Positions 43,489-58,124 of a stretch of DNA of 64,000 nt are shown piece by piece. Positions within the stretch are counted from its first letter, which is position 1; each line of letters opens with the position of its first letter. The position numbers were made by a program, and so were the translations under genes. The notes under the pieces are model-generated. The model was given only the letters and a program-made list of their open reading frames with translations. It did no database searches and was not told the origin of the DNA. This DNA is from Lingula anatina (Eukaryota > Animalia > Brachiopoda). The stretch spans positions 57,142,788-57,206,787 of the forward strand of contig CM120640.1 in the NCBI GenBank assembly GCA_051362555.1, in the 5' to 3' direction.

Positions 43489-46400
43489 AAAGTGAAAGCC
43501 TGACTTGAAAACTGAATTTCTATTTGAGCTGGCTCACCTCCTAATTTTATTTTACTTTTATGATCCATGTATGAAGTAAAAAAAGCAATAACTTGTGTGA
43601 CAGAAAAAATGCTTTGCTTATCATGCACACTTAGTCTTATCAAATGAAGTTTGCATTTGGAAAACCAGGAAAATTAATGAGAAGTGTCCAACATGAGTGA
43701 CCATCCAAAATGGGTCGGGTGACATTATAAGAGCAACCGTTTAAAAACTCTTCACTAAGTGTGTGTGTAAACTGTATCACTTCTTTATAAGATAGTAATC
43801 GAAGTAATGCTGACAACCAGCACCAGATCCACAAAATGAAATCCATACAGTAATAAAGAATTCTTTGGACAAGTTTGAAAAATAAACAAACCCAACTTTA
43901 ATTAAGGGTTTGATTTTTTAAAAATTTGTATATTACGTTTTGAGAATTCAGTCAGGAGAGATAATGATCAATGTAGTGCTGACAACCAGCACCAGATCTA
44001 CTGAATGAAATACATACATTGATAAAATATCCTTATGACAAATTTGAGCTATAGAAAACTTGACTTTTAAAGAGAGGAGAAGGGTTCTAAAAAAGTGAAC
44101 ATTATATCTTGAGCATTTAGCCAGGGGGTGTTCGGCTGAACCCCTCTAAATCAGCCACTTACATTTTGCTATGTAGAACCATTGTAAGTACTGCCAAGGA
44201 GTTATGTTATAACTCCTTGGTACTGCCCATGATAATTGTGGTTGACCCATTTGAACTTGATTACATAGAATAATGCAAGTCCTGTACTTAAGTGAAAAAA
44301 AAATGGATGGTTTGTGCCAAACAGTATTTTTTGTACTGAAACTGGTTGTGTATGGCAATTTTTTAAAAATGCTTAAGGAATCAATATTATATTCAACAGC
44401 TTTGTTCACTGAAATACTTGTGCAGCAATGTTCACTAAAATACTTGTGTAGATTATGAGTAACTTTATTCAAGAAAATATCAATTTTTTTCCATGGATGT
44501 TTCTTATGCAGTCTGAAATGGCAACAGAACCTTTATTTTTCAAAGAGACTTGTATCACTTTCTCTTGACAATCTGCTGCCTTTGCATGCCCACATTTCAT
44601 TATGTTCTGCCATTTTTCTGTTATATAAAGACCATGTAGCTTGAAATATGTGCATTTGCATTATCATCCTTGTCAAGATGATTACATTCAGATACCCATT
44701 AAGAGACACATTATCTCTTTGAGTTGTAATCTAATGAAAAGGTAAAAGCCCTGTGGAGCCAATGGCAATATAACAGTCTTGGAAAATTGCAAGTGTTAGG
44801 AGTCATGGGCTTTTTCAGCAATCCCTGCTTTTTTGTTTTGTGCCAATTTAAACTGAATTAAAAATTTCCAGATCATCTGATGGAAAGACAAGCAGTCGTT
44901 GGCCACTAGGATGAGGTAATATAAACACCATTCTTATGTAAATAAAACATCCAGTATTGTCACTGGTTAAAAGGCATTTTTAAGGATATAGGATTTGGGA
45001 AATTTTTTGTTCTTTTTTGTCTTTCTTGTTATCTGATGTACCTTTCTATGCTGTCTAATATTGGTATTGCAGAAGATTTAAACAAACTACAGGGTATATA
45101 AGCTAAATATTCTATGACTTTATTAGCAACATAAATTATATCACTGCAGTCTTCATGTGCACCCTAGCTGTAGGCTTTGGTACTAGTATGTTCAGAAGGC
45201 AATTGAAAAAATCCATTTGAAAAGTCAGAATATCATAAAATTTACATAAATTACAGTAGAGATAGGATGGCTTTGTCAGATGCTAGTAGAAGCCTCGGAA
45301 ACAAGGCAGATTAAGCCATTTAAGTTGGTAAGTTGCTTCACATCTCAAGAGCAGATATGCTTTCACTCATCAAGCAAGAAACATCTGTGTCCCTTTCACT
45401 CTTTGAAGCTGTCACCACAAGTAATTGGATCCCTAGAAAGTGTAGATTAGAACATTTATTAACACTTGGAAAACATTTGTTTACATTTCTTGCAGGCAGT
45501 TGAGAGACTGAGGGCATCAGGTGTTGTGTAAACCATAATATATATATATCCATGGATTCCTCTGGACCCAGCTACAACTATTCTGATGAAATACCACTGC
45601 AGTATAAAGGCTACAGGTAAGAAGGAATTTGAATTTGAACTATGTTTTTTTTTTTGTGTTTTAGAACGAATTTGTAATTTATTACGCTGTTATTTGTTAA
45701 GGCAAATAAAATAAAAATGTGTTACTGAATCTAACTGGCAGCAGTATATTGTAGCACCTAGCCCTTGAGTCCAGATATTTTTACCATTAACATCTTTTGC
45801 ACACCAGCAATAAATACTGGACTGATTATTAAGCCATATTGCTACATAGAAGTGTTTATAGGCAGCTGTTTTTGTTTGAGACTACATGTACATGTAGTGC
45901 CCCTTGTGCAATGCCACATATCATGCAAAACATGCACCTGAGATGGTACATGCACCAGATGCCCCTACATTCATGCAAGCAATTATGTTTATATGTCTAT
46001 GCATTACTTGTATATCATGAAGAATAGGATATTTGTAATCTTTTAAGATTCTTTAAAAAGAATGAACAGTTTAGTTGAGTGATACTGGGAAATAAGTACT
46101 TAATGCTACGGTTCTTCCAAATTCATATCATTGCAGCTTTATTGATTGGTACAACTGTAGCATTTTATCCACTAGGCAAGAAAATGCCTAAAATGATTTG
46201 CTGAATTGCTATCACAAGCCTCAAATAATCTCTGTGTTTACTCAAGAGATTGAATAGCTAATGGATTTATATTTTAAATATTATTTTTAGACATTTATTC
46301 ATTATTTATAGGTATCATTTTCCATCAGAAAGAAGCTTGAATAAATAAGTTGAAAACTTAACAGTAGGTTGGTTGAATGACCAGTTTTATCTTGTTTTCC

Positions 46401-49400
46401 TATGGAATTTTTATTTTTCTGTAATCAGTGAGAATGTTTCTACCAATTAAAATACATTTTTACAATACAAGCAGCACATCATACTACTGTACATTAGGTA
46501 AATGATTGACATAAAATTAAAATAAGTGTCAAAGTTAAGGATTTTAGTTCACAGTTTTTTTTTCAGAAGAACAGAAGTGCTGCAAAAATTCCTCATTATA
46601 ACAATGAATACAAAGATATGAATATAATTAGTTGTCTCTAAGCCTAAATTGGGAAATGGAAGTGTATCTCGTCTCTTACATGTTTGGTTTGTATCATATG
46701 TTACATGAAAGCATCTTTTATGCATTATATTACTGGTATCTCTAATGTATCACATGATATGTGTACTCCAATGAAATGTATATTTGTTTGTAAGTGACAG
46801 TATGCAATGACAGGTCACATGTCCTTACCAATCCTCAAATCATTGGCACTTGCTTTTAGCCAAGGGTTATTTGAGTTTGGTTATCAATGAAAAGGTAACT
46901 TAAATCAAAGCAGAAGTTCGGTTGAATGACACATTTTGCTGAACAAGTGAATTATGAAAAAAAAAGAAAGAAAATCTTTTTATATTCATGGTATGGCTGA
47001 AAATCTGGGAAATTATGTTTCATAAGACAATCCTGAGAACTGTACCTAAAAGCATTATATATGCCTGTGTCTTTTTATTTTGAAATGTGTGCTTGTTACA
47101 TTTAAAATAGAAAGATGATGTAAGAAATTTATGTACATAAGTGAAAGAGCAATTTTGCATAATTTAACATATTTTCTTCCAAGTGACTTTTGCATTGAAA
47201 TAAAAAAAATAGTAAGATTTTATAAATGACATAGATGACAAATGTGCCTTATGATATTTACCATTTTAATGATGATAAAATATGTGCAAGCTGGTGCTCT
47301 TTATTCTTTTATGTGAAAAGTTAGGCATAGCAGTTGAAAACATTTTACCATTGTGTCTCAGTGCAGAAAACATTTCCAGATAATTTATGTTACATCAAAA
47401 TGCTCTGTGAATCAGTTTCTCTGGTTTGCATGGTAGTAGCAGTTGCTCTTTTGTTGTTTTTGTACTTTGTCTCAATTAACACACTGAGCAAGCTTCTCTT
47501 GCCACAATCTGTATCAGTCATGCCATGTTAGAACACCTGTATCTTGCATGTTTACCCATCATTTTATCAATATCTCGTTGATCTTGTATGAAAAGCATAT
47601 TTGTTATGTGTATGTTAGATTCATGGTGGTATGTGGGGAGCCCAGCCTCACTGCTGATGAAAAACAAAATGGCAAATCATGGCCATCTACCCCTAAAGAG
47701 GGAGAAAAGAAAGACCCACGCTGGGTCCAGGAAACAATGCTTCTCATATTCAAACTGAAACTATTAACAATGTTTTTCTAACAAAAAAGGATCTTTTGAG
47801 CAAGTCACACTATAAAGACAAGTATTTTTTGTCATATTTTACCAATACCAGATGTTTTTTGTTTGCCTTTTCACAGATGCAAGCATGCATAAAGATACCT
47901 GACTTGACATCTAATTGATGACACTGATGATCAATCTTTGTTCTTCAATAATTATATCATGGTAAATACTGACAGACTGAAATGAGATAAATAATGAGGA
48001 TAAGTATAGAATAACAGCATTATAGAATGCAATGGGATTATTAATGTGGATAAGTAGAGAGTAACAGCATCATAGAATGAATACATTGATTTGATTTGGA
48101 GAAAAATGACAAATTTGGTAAAATATTGAATTGAATGTAAACAAGTATCAGTCCCAGTACATTTCCATTCATCAAGTTTTTTTCTTTTCATTTATAGAAC
48201 TATTAGTAAGGGAATTTCATTATTTTAGTGTCACAGAGCAAGAGTTTTTAATTAAGATATTGAACTACATTTGATTGGAAAGTGAGGATAGTACATGTAG
48301 CATGCAGTTGACATAATCTTATATTTTATTGTAACCTACTTTCCTTCAGTCTTGCAGACCTAATCCCCACAGCAATTGTGATTGATTTTCTGTAACACAT
48401 TGCACTGGACTTTAATGGTTTTGTTTGGTTGCATATCACAAGAATTGAATTTCTATTCAAATACTTGTTGAACTTTCAGTAATCCCTTGGCGCATTCATT
48501 CAGACTGCCGCAGAAAAAGGGGTCATAAAATGAAAAATCTGAAGGAAACTCACCATCCAGATTCTGGAACTTTAGAACAGCATGACAGTGACCTTTATGT
48601 AATGCTCTTGTGTGTATCATATTCTCCTTAGTTTGTTAATTTTTAGGAGAGACAGAAACAAGGTCTTGTAAGCAGTCTGTAATGTGGCATCACTGTTTTT
48701 TAAGCAGTTTAATGTGTGCATGATCATTTCAGAAGCAAGAGAAGCTTCATAACTGTAATTTGAACCTTTAATTACCATAACAAATGGTCTTTTATTGCAA
48801 ACAATCTGTGCAAACTGTTTCCCAGGACTTTTAATCCGCTCCTTGTGTAGTATTGTAGCAGTTTTTCCTCTGCTTCTGAGTGGGATGATCACATGATGGC
48901 AGCAAGGTGCAACTGTTGGTAGGGGAAGAAGACCTACCCATATAATACTATTGATGAAGACAAATATGATGGATTACAACAGTCTTACATTGCTTATTGT
49001 GTTTTGGTTTTTCCCTGGATTCTGAACAGATAGCATATCTCTCTACTTTGGTGGAACTGAACCTGAAGGCAAAAGAGAACGAGGCATGATATTTCCATTA
49101 TACATTCAGCTTGGAGCTAAATACTTACATGTAGTAATAGCCAGGAGAGTTTAAGGCTACACACAAACCATAACATAGTAAGTTGAGCATACACTAAGGT
49201 CTTGTTGAAGATATTTTTAAAGATAAATGGAGAAGGAAGTGGTCAAATGCGTGGGCAGTTCAGAAGGTTCCGTTGTTGGTCCATGTCCAAAGGGTAGCCA
49301 TGGTGACAGAGCTGATCAATCACATGTTGAAGGGATGCAGCAAGTGAAAACAGTGCAGCCTTTGCCTCCTAGACCCCTGAAGAAAAGGAATACTGACAGC

Positions 49401-49691
49401 TGTTTGATAGGCCCAAGGGGAGCTACTCTCTTTCGGTAGGGTACATGTTTGTTATGGAAATAAGGTTCTCTAGTAGTAGATAGCAGCTGGGGCTTAATAT
49501 TGATCGAGGTCTAATGGTTTTTATATAGTTACGGATTTCCATTGTTTCAGCAGTGTAAGAGGGATGATCCTTTTAATTCAGCAACTTTATTTAACAAAAC
49601 CAATATTGAGTTGTTCAGTCTGTTCAATCAATGAACATTATATCTATACTTCAGAAAATTTTCCATATCTTTAATCTGTATTGAATTATTC

Positions 49692-50297
49692 AGGCCTACC
49701 CAACTACCAGACTCGGCACATAAGGATCCTGAATTAACTGGTATATTAGACCACACTACCCGTTTTCAAGGTGTGTGTCAGATCACATTTCTGAGTATCA
49801 CACCCCAGAACAAATTTTGTAGGACGACCGCGGGCTCATCCACGCTCGGCTGTCACCTTGATTGGATAGTAAACAATTGTCGTAAAATCGCTATATGATT
49901 TTAAATCCGGGTGCATAAATTAAAAAAACCACCTAGAACAACCTTACACTGTAGGCCTACTCTTACTTTAGAGTACTCTGTTTTATTGTCTCTATGGGGA
50001 TATATGGGGACTTAACGACATTCGGTTTGAATGCTTTAACCACTTTTGATAGGGCTTTTTGCATTGTATTAGATTAATGTGGCAGTCTAAGGTTGTTCTC
50101 AAATTTATGCACCCGGTTTTAAAATCATATATTACTATCCAATCAAGGTGACAGCCGAGCATGGGCTCATCCTGTCGGTGTTCTGACTGATACTCCGAAA
50201 TGTGATCTGACACACACCTTGAAAATGGGTAGTGTGGTCCGATATACCGGTTAATTCAGGATCCTCATGTGCCGAGTCTGGTAGTTGTGTAGGCCTA
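49692..50297. mobile_element. Foldback element with ~260-bp inverted arms (Academ-like termini, tentative)
   Basis: aggcctacccaactaccagactcggcaca ... tgtgccgagtctggtagttgtgtaggcct. Confidence 0.8.
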
Positions 50298-51219
50298 GCC
50301 TGTTATTGCCCAGTTTAAAGTTGGCCTGATTCATAGTTGGACAGCTAATGGACATTTATATAGCTTTGATTAGAATATCATACTAATGTTAACATATTTT
50401 TTATAAAATGCCATTTACTATTCAAGAACAAAAGTATCTTTAAATTTTGGTTCCCACTGAATTTTTGTAGAACCAATATGTGATCTGTGCAAACTTCTTC
50501 TTCCTCCTGTTCTACAAGCCATCTATTCATGGTACTACACCCTATGGGCTTATGATTTTTGAAATTTGTCAAAAGTTTTAGCTGGACAAAATTGTAGAAG
50601 CTAAGGAGGCCGTAAATTTGTGCAGTTTTGTACGATTTTGCATGACCACTACCTGTCTTTGATATACGTTGCACAAAAAGAGATTTATGGACAGTATATG
50701 TTCACTGTATGGACATTGGATGGCTATAATTTTATCTTGGCTTAAATGAAAAGCTTTAGGCACACTTACCATAAAAATGGGTAAACTAAGACCACCAAAT
50801 TTGGAGCAAATGTGACTTTTTAGGACTTTATATATTTTGAAATGTCACAGTGATCAACACATAACCAGGTTCACAATGATCAACACATAATCAGGTTCAT
50901 GCGTGTTAAGGTAATGACACGAGAAAGAATTATGAAGATGCAACTATGAATTTTGAACCACAAAAAAAATTATGAGGCTCCTGGATGATTTCCTAAATTG
51001 TTTACAACTTCAGCCTTTACGGGCTACAGATTTGTAGTTACTGTGCCCTTTATTGTGGACACATGTTGTTGAAGTGAACAATTAGAAATGGCTGAATAAT
51101 ATGAAAAAAAAAAAAAAAATAGAAAGCATCCACAGAAAGCCAGCTACTGGGTATAGTGCTCAGTTAACACTTATAAAACATGAATATACCCATATGCAAG
51201 AATACTGACAAAGTATCTG

Positions 51220-51660
51220 TACATATAGCCGTCACCTGCTTTTGTCATCGCCATCGTTGCCGTCACTGTGCACTTTTCATTGATAAGATAAGTGGAAAAC
51301 CGTTTTACCTTTTGTCTGCAAACTTATGAAACTGATGAATATTCATAAAATACAGACTGAGTTCCAAAATCAGTTATGCTGTTTTTTCGCTTTTTTCAGT
51401 GTATATGCAGTACTGATAACACATTTCAAGGAAGACTGATAGGCCTATTATCTTGAAACTCACAGGAGTGATTAATCTTACTGAAATACAGGTGAAGTTC
51501 AAAAATCAGCCTGACCAAACCATTTTTACAAAAGTTATGCTGTTTTTTTAAGCATATTTTATCCACTGTTATACAAATTAAATTAAAATGGTGTCACACT
51601 TTGCTTTGAAACATGCAGGACGGATTCAAGTTTGAAAATTTGCTTGATCTGTTTATTTTT
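51220..51660. repeat. Degenerate HINE-type repeat relic
   Basis: gccgtc-type microsatellite followed by units homologous to the 161-bp repeat at 61521. Confidence 0.5.
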
Positions 51661-52073
51661 GTTGAAGAAACAATGTTTTTTTGTGTATTAGTAGGGTTAC
51701 CTCATACAGTGTATTTAACTCTTAGGCATGTTAACAGTCTCATTATTAAACTAATTAGATTTGTTAAACTTTTTTTTTTACATTTTTTGCATGTTAACAA
51801 TTTTGTTGGTTAATTGTATGAAAAATGATGGTAAATCTGTTATTGTGTATTGAATAATAAAGTGTCAGAAATGGCAATAAACTTATATCAGTGCAGTTTG
51901 TCAAATTCATTCCCTCACAATGTTCAGAATGGAGCAAATTGGACATTCAAAATTGCTCCATTGATATTTTTCTCATTTAACAATTTTTTTTAGTTGATCA
52001 TTTAAAAATGAATGTAAATTGATTATTGTGTATAATAAATTGTTTAAAATGGAAATAAACTCATTCAGTACAC

Positions 52074-52144
52074 CAGGGGTGGATTTAGGTTGACTTCTGG
52101 GTCTTCTGGAAGACGGTCAGATTTTATATCTGGATCCGCTCCTG
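52074..52144. mobile_element. Internally deleted copy of the CAGGGG MITE
   Basis: Homologous, inverted, to 30754-30921; flanks TACAC/TACAG. Confidence 0.65.
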
Positions 52145-53464
52145 TACAGTTATCTCTACCGTACATATTGGCATTTTCAAGATGTGACTTTGAAATTTCA
52201 TGTTCCTGAAGATCTTCGCTAATCACATTTTCAAAAATATAAATGCTACCTGCAGTGCAGAATTAAAAATTGGTGGCGATTATGCTGTTAAGCATTATGT
52301 AATATTGCACCAAAATTGATCATGCAGCCATATTGATCATTAAAAGAAAACCACGTTACTTATTATTCTCAAATACAGAAAAGAAGCATAGGACTAAAAT
52401 ACAGCTTGAGTTGAAATACCAGTCTCATGTACGTATTTTTCTGCAAGTTGTAGTTTTTTGTGAAAATTTTATTTTTCACATATTGGCATTTTCAGGGTGT
52501 GAGATTGAATTTCTGTGGGCTTGAGGATGTATGCTAATTACATTTTTTAAATATCGATGATTTGTTAGTTGGATGAGAAATTAGTAGAAGTAGTTTATAT
52601 GTGATACTGGGAATTCACACTGGCTTCATATGTAAGTTTAAGGTAAAATGCAGGTTCCTTTCAAAACAGATGGATCGATTTGATTATTTTTACAATTTTT
52701 GTTCGGTGTTGGTATATTTGTCATCTTTGCTGTCTTGTTCTTTGTCTTATAGGAAAGAACTGTTGAGTGTTTTTTCTATTTCAATAAAAGTGGCCATGTA
52801 TTTATTAACTGACTCAAAATACTATGATCACACTAGAACATGCAATTAAATATTTATTTAATCTTTTAATGAAAGTTGTGTTGTTATTTTGATCGACGCT
52901 TAACAGATATATCATCAAAACATTGCAATTAGCGAAGAACGCTTAGTGACGCTTCAACTTTTATGATGTAATAGTCATTTGTGACTTGTTTACAAACTCT
53001 GCAAGGGAAGGTTTGCATAGTAGAGTTGGCAAAGGATGATTTCCTAAGGCTTGTGCTACAGTTACAAGAATTAACCCTATGAAAAATATTCACCAGGACT
53101 TGTGTTCATACCACAAAATTATAAAATCCTTGATACACACTTTTTAATTTAATTTTGCTAAGCAATTCCCATCAATTTCTATGTAAATTCAATAAAAAAA
53201 TAATACTCCAGCAGCCCTGTCTCAAAAACAACCTGGATAGGGTTAATTTTTTTTTTTTTTGTAAATTTTGTTGACTTCTACCAAGAACTATAACATATCA
53301 ACATTAAATTGAAATTGCTAGAGCAGAATTTTTAATTTTTTTGCATTTTTCTGCCAAATAGGGTCCATTTTGGAACACAAGATATTTATTTTCGTATAAA
53401 GGCATTTGCCCAGATTACAAATGTAAATGGTTCATATAACGTAACTATTGCGCATGCGGAGAGC

Positions 53465-56400
53465 TCATGTACGTGCACTATCCGTTGCAAAAAAAGATTC
53501 TCTTTTTCTAAAGGCATAATAAACATAATTAATCAGGTTAATCATCAAATCTCTGTCATTGGAAGACATAAGCTGTCTAAACCTTTGGATATTTGGTTGA
53601 CAGGTGTACCTGTTTGGTATATATTTTGTTCTTAAGTCCCTGTACATCTCACATGTTAACAAAAAGTGATATTCGTTTTCTATTTCGTCCTTACATAGTG
53701 TGCATACCCTCTCGTTCGAGGGTATGTTGTCATGTCTACCTTTTTCAATCATAAGATTATGGTTTCCACACCTGAGCCTGGCGAAAGCAGCTAAGTGCGC
53801 TTTCGGGAGATTCAACAATAAATAATTTTCTTTTTGAAATACAGATTTAAATATACAATACAAATTTAATTTAGACGAGTTCTGTAACTGGCCGTTCCAT
53901 TCTTGAATGTAGCAATCTTTGATTCTTGTCTTAAAAATTTCTAAAAAATATATCTCATTCTCAACACCCTGATTGTACCATACAAACCCAAAACCATATC
54001 TAAAAAGTATTTCTTTAATTTTTGTCGCCCATGTAATGCGACCAGCCTGATCTAATACCAACATAATCTTATAGCACGCTTTTGGATATCTGCTTTCTTC
54101 CATTCTCAGTAATCTAAGCCAGAATTTGACACACCTACTGAAGTAAGTTATAAACAATGGGAACCTACCACAGTCTCCCAAGACCGCTATTGTTGAAGTT
54201 GTTGATCCCACGCCAAGAATCCTTTTACAGAAAGCAAGTTGTACCTTTTCTATTTTGTCATACACTTGGTATCCCCAAACTTCTGCACCATAAAATAAAA
54301 TTGGCGCGATCATTTTATCAAATATCATAAATGCAATATCAGACCTAACCCTTCCAGTGTTATATTCAAGTTTATCAACCATAATCATTGCCTTTCTTGC
54401 TTTCAGACTTAAACTAATGGTGGCTTTTGTCCAAACGAGCCTTGGCGTTATAGTTAGACCCAGATATTTGTAGTGGGTTACAACTTCAACCGGTTGTCCA
54501 CCAAAGTACCATTTTTCATATTTTCGTAATGGTCCAGAGTGTCTAAAGACCATGATTTTTGTTTTTTTCAAATTTATATTCAGTCCGAAATTTTCACAGA
54601 AATTCTGTAAAATATTTATCTTCTTTTGTAAGCCAAATGCAGTGTCATCACAAATTACCATGTCATCAGCATACAATAGAAGCGAAATGCTGACAATTTC
54701 ATCAATAAAAATAGATTGTACATCACTCTCATTTACCCTCTCTACAAACTCATTTAGGAACATATTAAATAAAAATGGACTTATCATACAGCCCTGCCTG
54801 GTTCCAACAGTACATTCAAAATATTCTGTAAGTCCCGGGGAGATTAAAACACACGACCTCAATTTTGAATACATTGATTTTAAGACCCATAAAAACTCTC
54901 CCATGAATACCAATTTTTTGTAGTCTAAACCATAGCAGTCTGTGGTCCACACTGTCGAAGGCTTTGGAAAAGTCTACAAATATGGAGTAAAACCGCCCCC
55001 TGCCCTTGCTTAAATATTTCTGACCCAAGGCATTTAATGTATAAATATGATCAACAGTTGAGTAACCTGATCTGTAACCTGCCTGTTCTTCGCAGAGTTT
55101 TCCATTTTCTGCTGCCCATTTCATGAATCTATTATTCAAAACCTTGGTAAATAGTTTTCCAATCACATTCAATAAAGAGATCCCTCTGTAGTTATTTACA
55201 TCATTTACCGATCCCTGTTTGTGGAGAGCACAGAGAATGGCATTGCACCATGCTTGGGGATAATCACCACTTTCAAGTATGCTGTTAAAGAGTTGTGTTA
55301 ACACTGGGGCAATTTTACCTTGGGTGACCTTAAGCATCTCAGAGACTATCCCATCTTCCCCTGGTGCTTTTCCATTCGCCATGCTATTCAGGGCGGAGAG
55401 CACCTCATCACATGAAAATAGAGCATTCAAAACAGCCGGATTATCATCATCGCATAGATTACAATTTTGTTCATGACTTCTTAGTTGAGAGTCTACCTCT
55501 CTTCTAAATCCTTCATTAATCGTAATATCCTGATTTAGTAACTCTCTAAAATGCTTAACCCATGAATCAGAATCAATGTTACTCTTATTTCTAAAATTTG
55601 CATTAACATTAACCCTCCAATATTTCCAAAATGCTTGCGGGTTATTTCTAAAACTTAGCAGTTTGGTATATTGACATTCTCTGTGCCTTTCCTTACTCGA
55701 TTTGCATTCTTTCTGAAAGTTCGATTTTGCCTGCTTATAGTTTTGCAAATGTTGCTCTGAGTTATAAAACCTAAAATTATTCAACGCTTTATATTTTAAC
55801 TTTTTTAATACCTCCAAGTCCTTTGACCACCATGGCGGCTGTTGTCGTAACTCCACCTTGATGCCAGGCGACTTTATCATAGAACTAGCCGACTTGATGT
55901 ACATACCTGTAATGGTTTCTATAACTGCAGTAACATTATTGTTCTGTAAATCGTTCTCTATGTCAGACCAATTTTGAGCAAATTCATCATCAAACTTATC
56001 GACAAAATCATCTGTTTTCTTATTATCCCAGTATACTCGTTCATACGGTTCAACCTCCGAGTCTTTTTTTGTTTTGGAAGTTTGCAATAGACATTTGATT
56101 GCGCAATGAATTGGCAAGTGATCAGAATCCCCGAATACTATCGTCGAGAACTCAGCTATATTTGCAAACATGTTGCTAGATACCAAAATGTAGTCTACCA
56201 AACTACTACCACTATGGGTTATGCATGTAAAATTGCCATCAATATCACCAAAACACCTCCCGTTTAACATGTGAATATTAAGCATACAACACATTTCTAT
56301 CAGTGACTGTCCAAATCTGTTTAAGATTTTATCTTTACTTTTCCTCTCCAAATCAAAAGTATCCACAGCATAGCAGTCACCGACATCATTTGATATGTAA

Positions 56401-56948
56401 TCTAAATTATCATCAAGAATATAATCATCTATATTACTCGTTCTCGCATTCATGTCACCAGCAATACAAAAATTACATGTGTTTAAACTCATCGCCTTTG
56501 TTATAAATTCATTTAAAAGTATAATGCCATTTTGTTCTTTTTGCCCATCATAAAAACTGGACCCTTCAGGAGGGATATAGGTAAAGCAAATAATCAGATC
56601 TTTTTCCCATCCAAAGAACATTTTATTACATTTAAGAAATACTGCGACACTACAGTCGTCATACACTCTTGTTACACCATTTACCAGATTTTCTTTGACA
56701 AAGACTGATATCCCTCCTGAATGTCTTCCTTTTCGCTTCACGCGAGGCGTATGTTTTCCAAAATGCTTATAATTAGGCATGAAGTGATCATATTGATTAT
56801 CACTAGCGGCCCATGTTTCAAGTAAGCCAGCTGTTGCATATTTTTCTATCAGTATCTTTGCGTCCGCAGTACAGCTCGCGAGGCCGTGTACATTCCATGA
56901 CACAATGCTCAAAGTTGAGTCCTCAGTGATGAGCTTTCCGCACTCATC
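53465..56948 (-). pseudogene. LINE ORF2 (APE endonuclease + RT) with one frameshift at ~54895
   Basis: SWNVHG, ETW, GDMNAR, DYIL, SDHLP; NYRGISLL, DFSKAFDSV | QGCMISP, YADD. Confidence 0.92.
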
Positions 56949-58124
56949 CTATCCATTGGAGCCTCTTCCGTTGGAGAAACTCGGTCAACCGCCTCGCCCT
57001 TGCCCGCGTCCGCGTCCATTATGACAACCACCGTGATCGCCACTATCTGCCGTTGGACTTCTCTGTCTAGTAATACGTTCAGCATTCGGGTCAAAAGGTT
57101 GATTGTCAATATAAAGTTTGTCTACCTTCAGTACAGCCTTTTTATCCTGTCTCTTGGCTTCCTTTAGGTGCGGAATCAGCATCCTTCTCAGTTCGTTGAC
57201 TTCCCTGGGAAATTGTTCATTGACTCCGTATCGTTTTCCTTTCAACGCACGTGGGGCGGTTTTCCTGACCATCTCCTTGTCCTTAAATGACCCAAACCTG
57301 GCGATGATCGGTCTGTGTTTCCCTGGTATGTGCTTTCCCATACGGTGAACATTTTCAAATTTTATTTCATCAGTAATTCCCATTTCTTCCGATAGGAATT
57401 GCTTAATTACTTCCTCAGGGCTCTCCTCTCGATTTTCTGGTATGCCGTCAAAAATTAAGTTCTCCCTCATGGAGCGGGTCTGTAACTCAAGATGTTTCTG
57501 TTTCAGTTCACTTAGGTCCTCTCTCAGTCCAGCTATCTCCGTTTTTGAGATTTCATTTTCTTCTTTCAAATTCCTGAATTTGTCATCTAGCTTCTTTACA
57601 GCGCCCTCTATTTCCTTTACATTTGTCTTATTGTCCTCACATATTGTATTGATGAGTATAAGGCCATCCTCCATCTCGCCGATTTTTGTATTTGCCCCCT
57701 TCAGATCACTAGTGACATTGCTCATTGTTAGCTCCAGTTTGGTTAACCGTTGGTCTATGGAATCCAGTTTATTTAGTTTTGTATTCATTGCATCCATTTT
57801 CAAAGACAGCGATGATATTAAGGAAAACAGATCGCCTTGCGGGTTACTGCTACTAGTAAGAGGCAGTGATCGCATAGGTAGGCCTATTGGGCTTGGTGGA
57901 AAAAAACCCGTCATCTGGCCCTGTGGGTATATTCATGGTTGATCAGTCATTAGTGGAGTTGACTGAAGATACGTTACGTCACTTACAGAACTGGTAGGAC
58001 CTAAGCGTAATTCAGTCGGTGATTTCTGTTCAGTTTGAGAACTACTCACTTTATTCACTTTGTTTTCCTTTTCGCCACTCAGATTAGAACTTTTGTTCTT
58101 CCTTTTTCCTTTCTTTCCGCTCAT
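56949..58124 (-). pseudogene. LINE ORF1 (basic N-terminus, coiled coil, L1-like RRM/CTD) with two in-frame TGA
   Basis: ORFs 57933..58124 and 56985..57914 share one frame; RSMRENLIFDGIPE, VHRMG, RPIIARF, VNEQFP motifs. Confidence 0.85.

Noticed and set aside
53071-53246. TTAA-CCCTAT ... ATAGGG-TTAA piggyBac-like mini element
   Set aside because: Only 6 bp of TIR and a single copy; too little to support a call.
54552-57942. Plus-strand ORFs over the LINE
   Set aside because: Antisense shadows of ORF1/ORF2.
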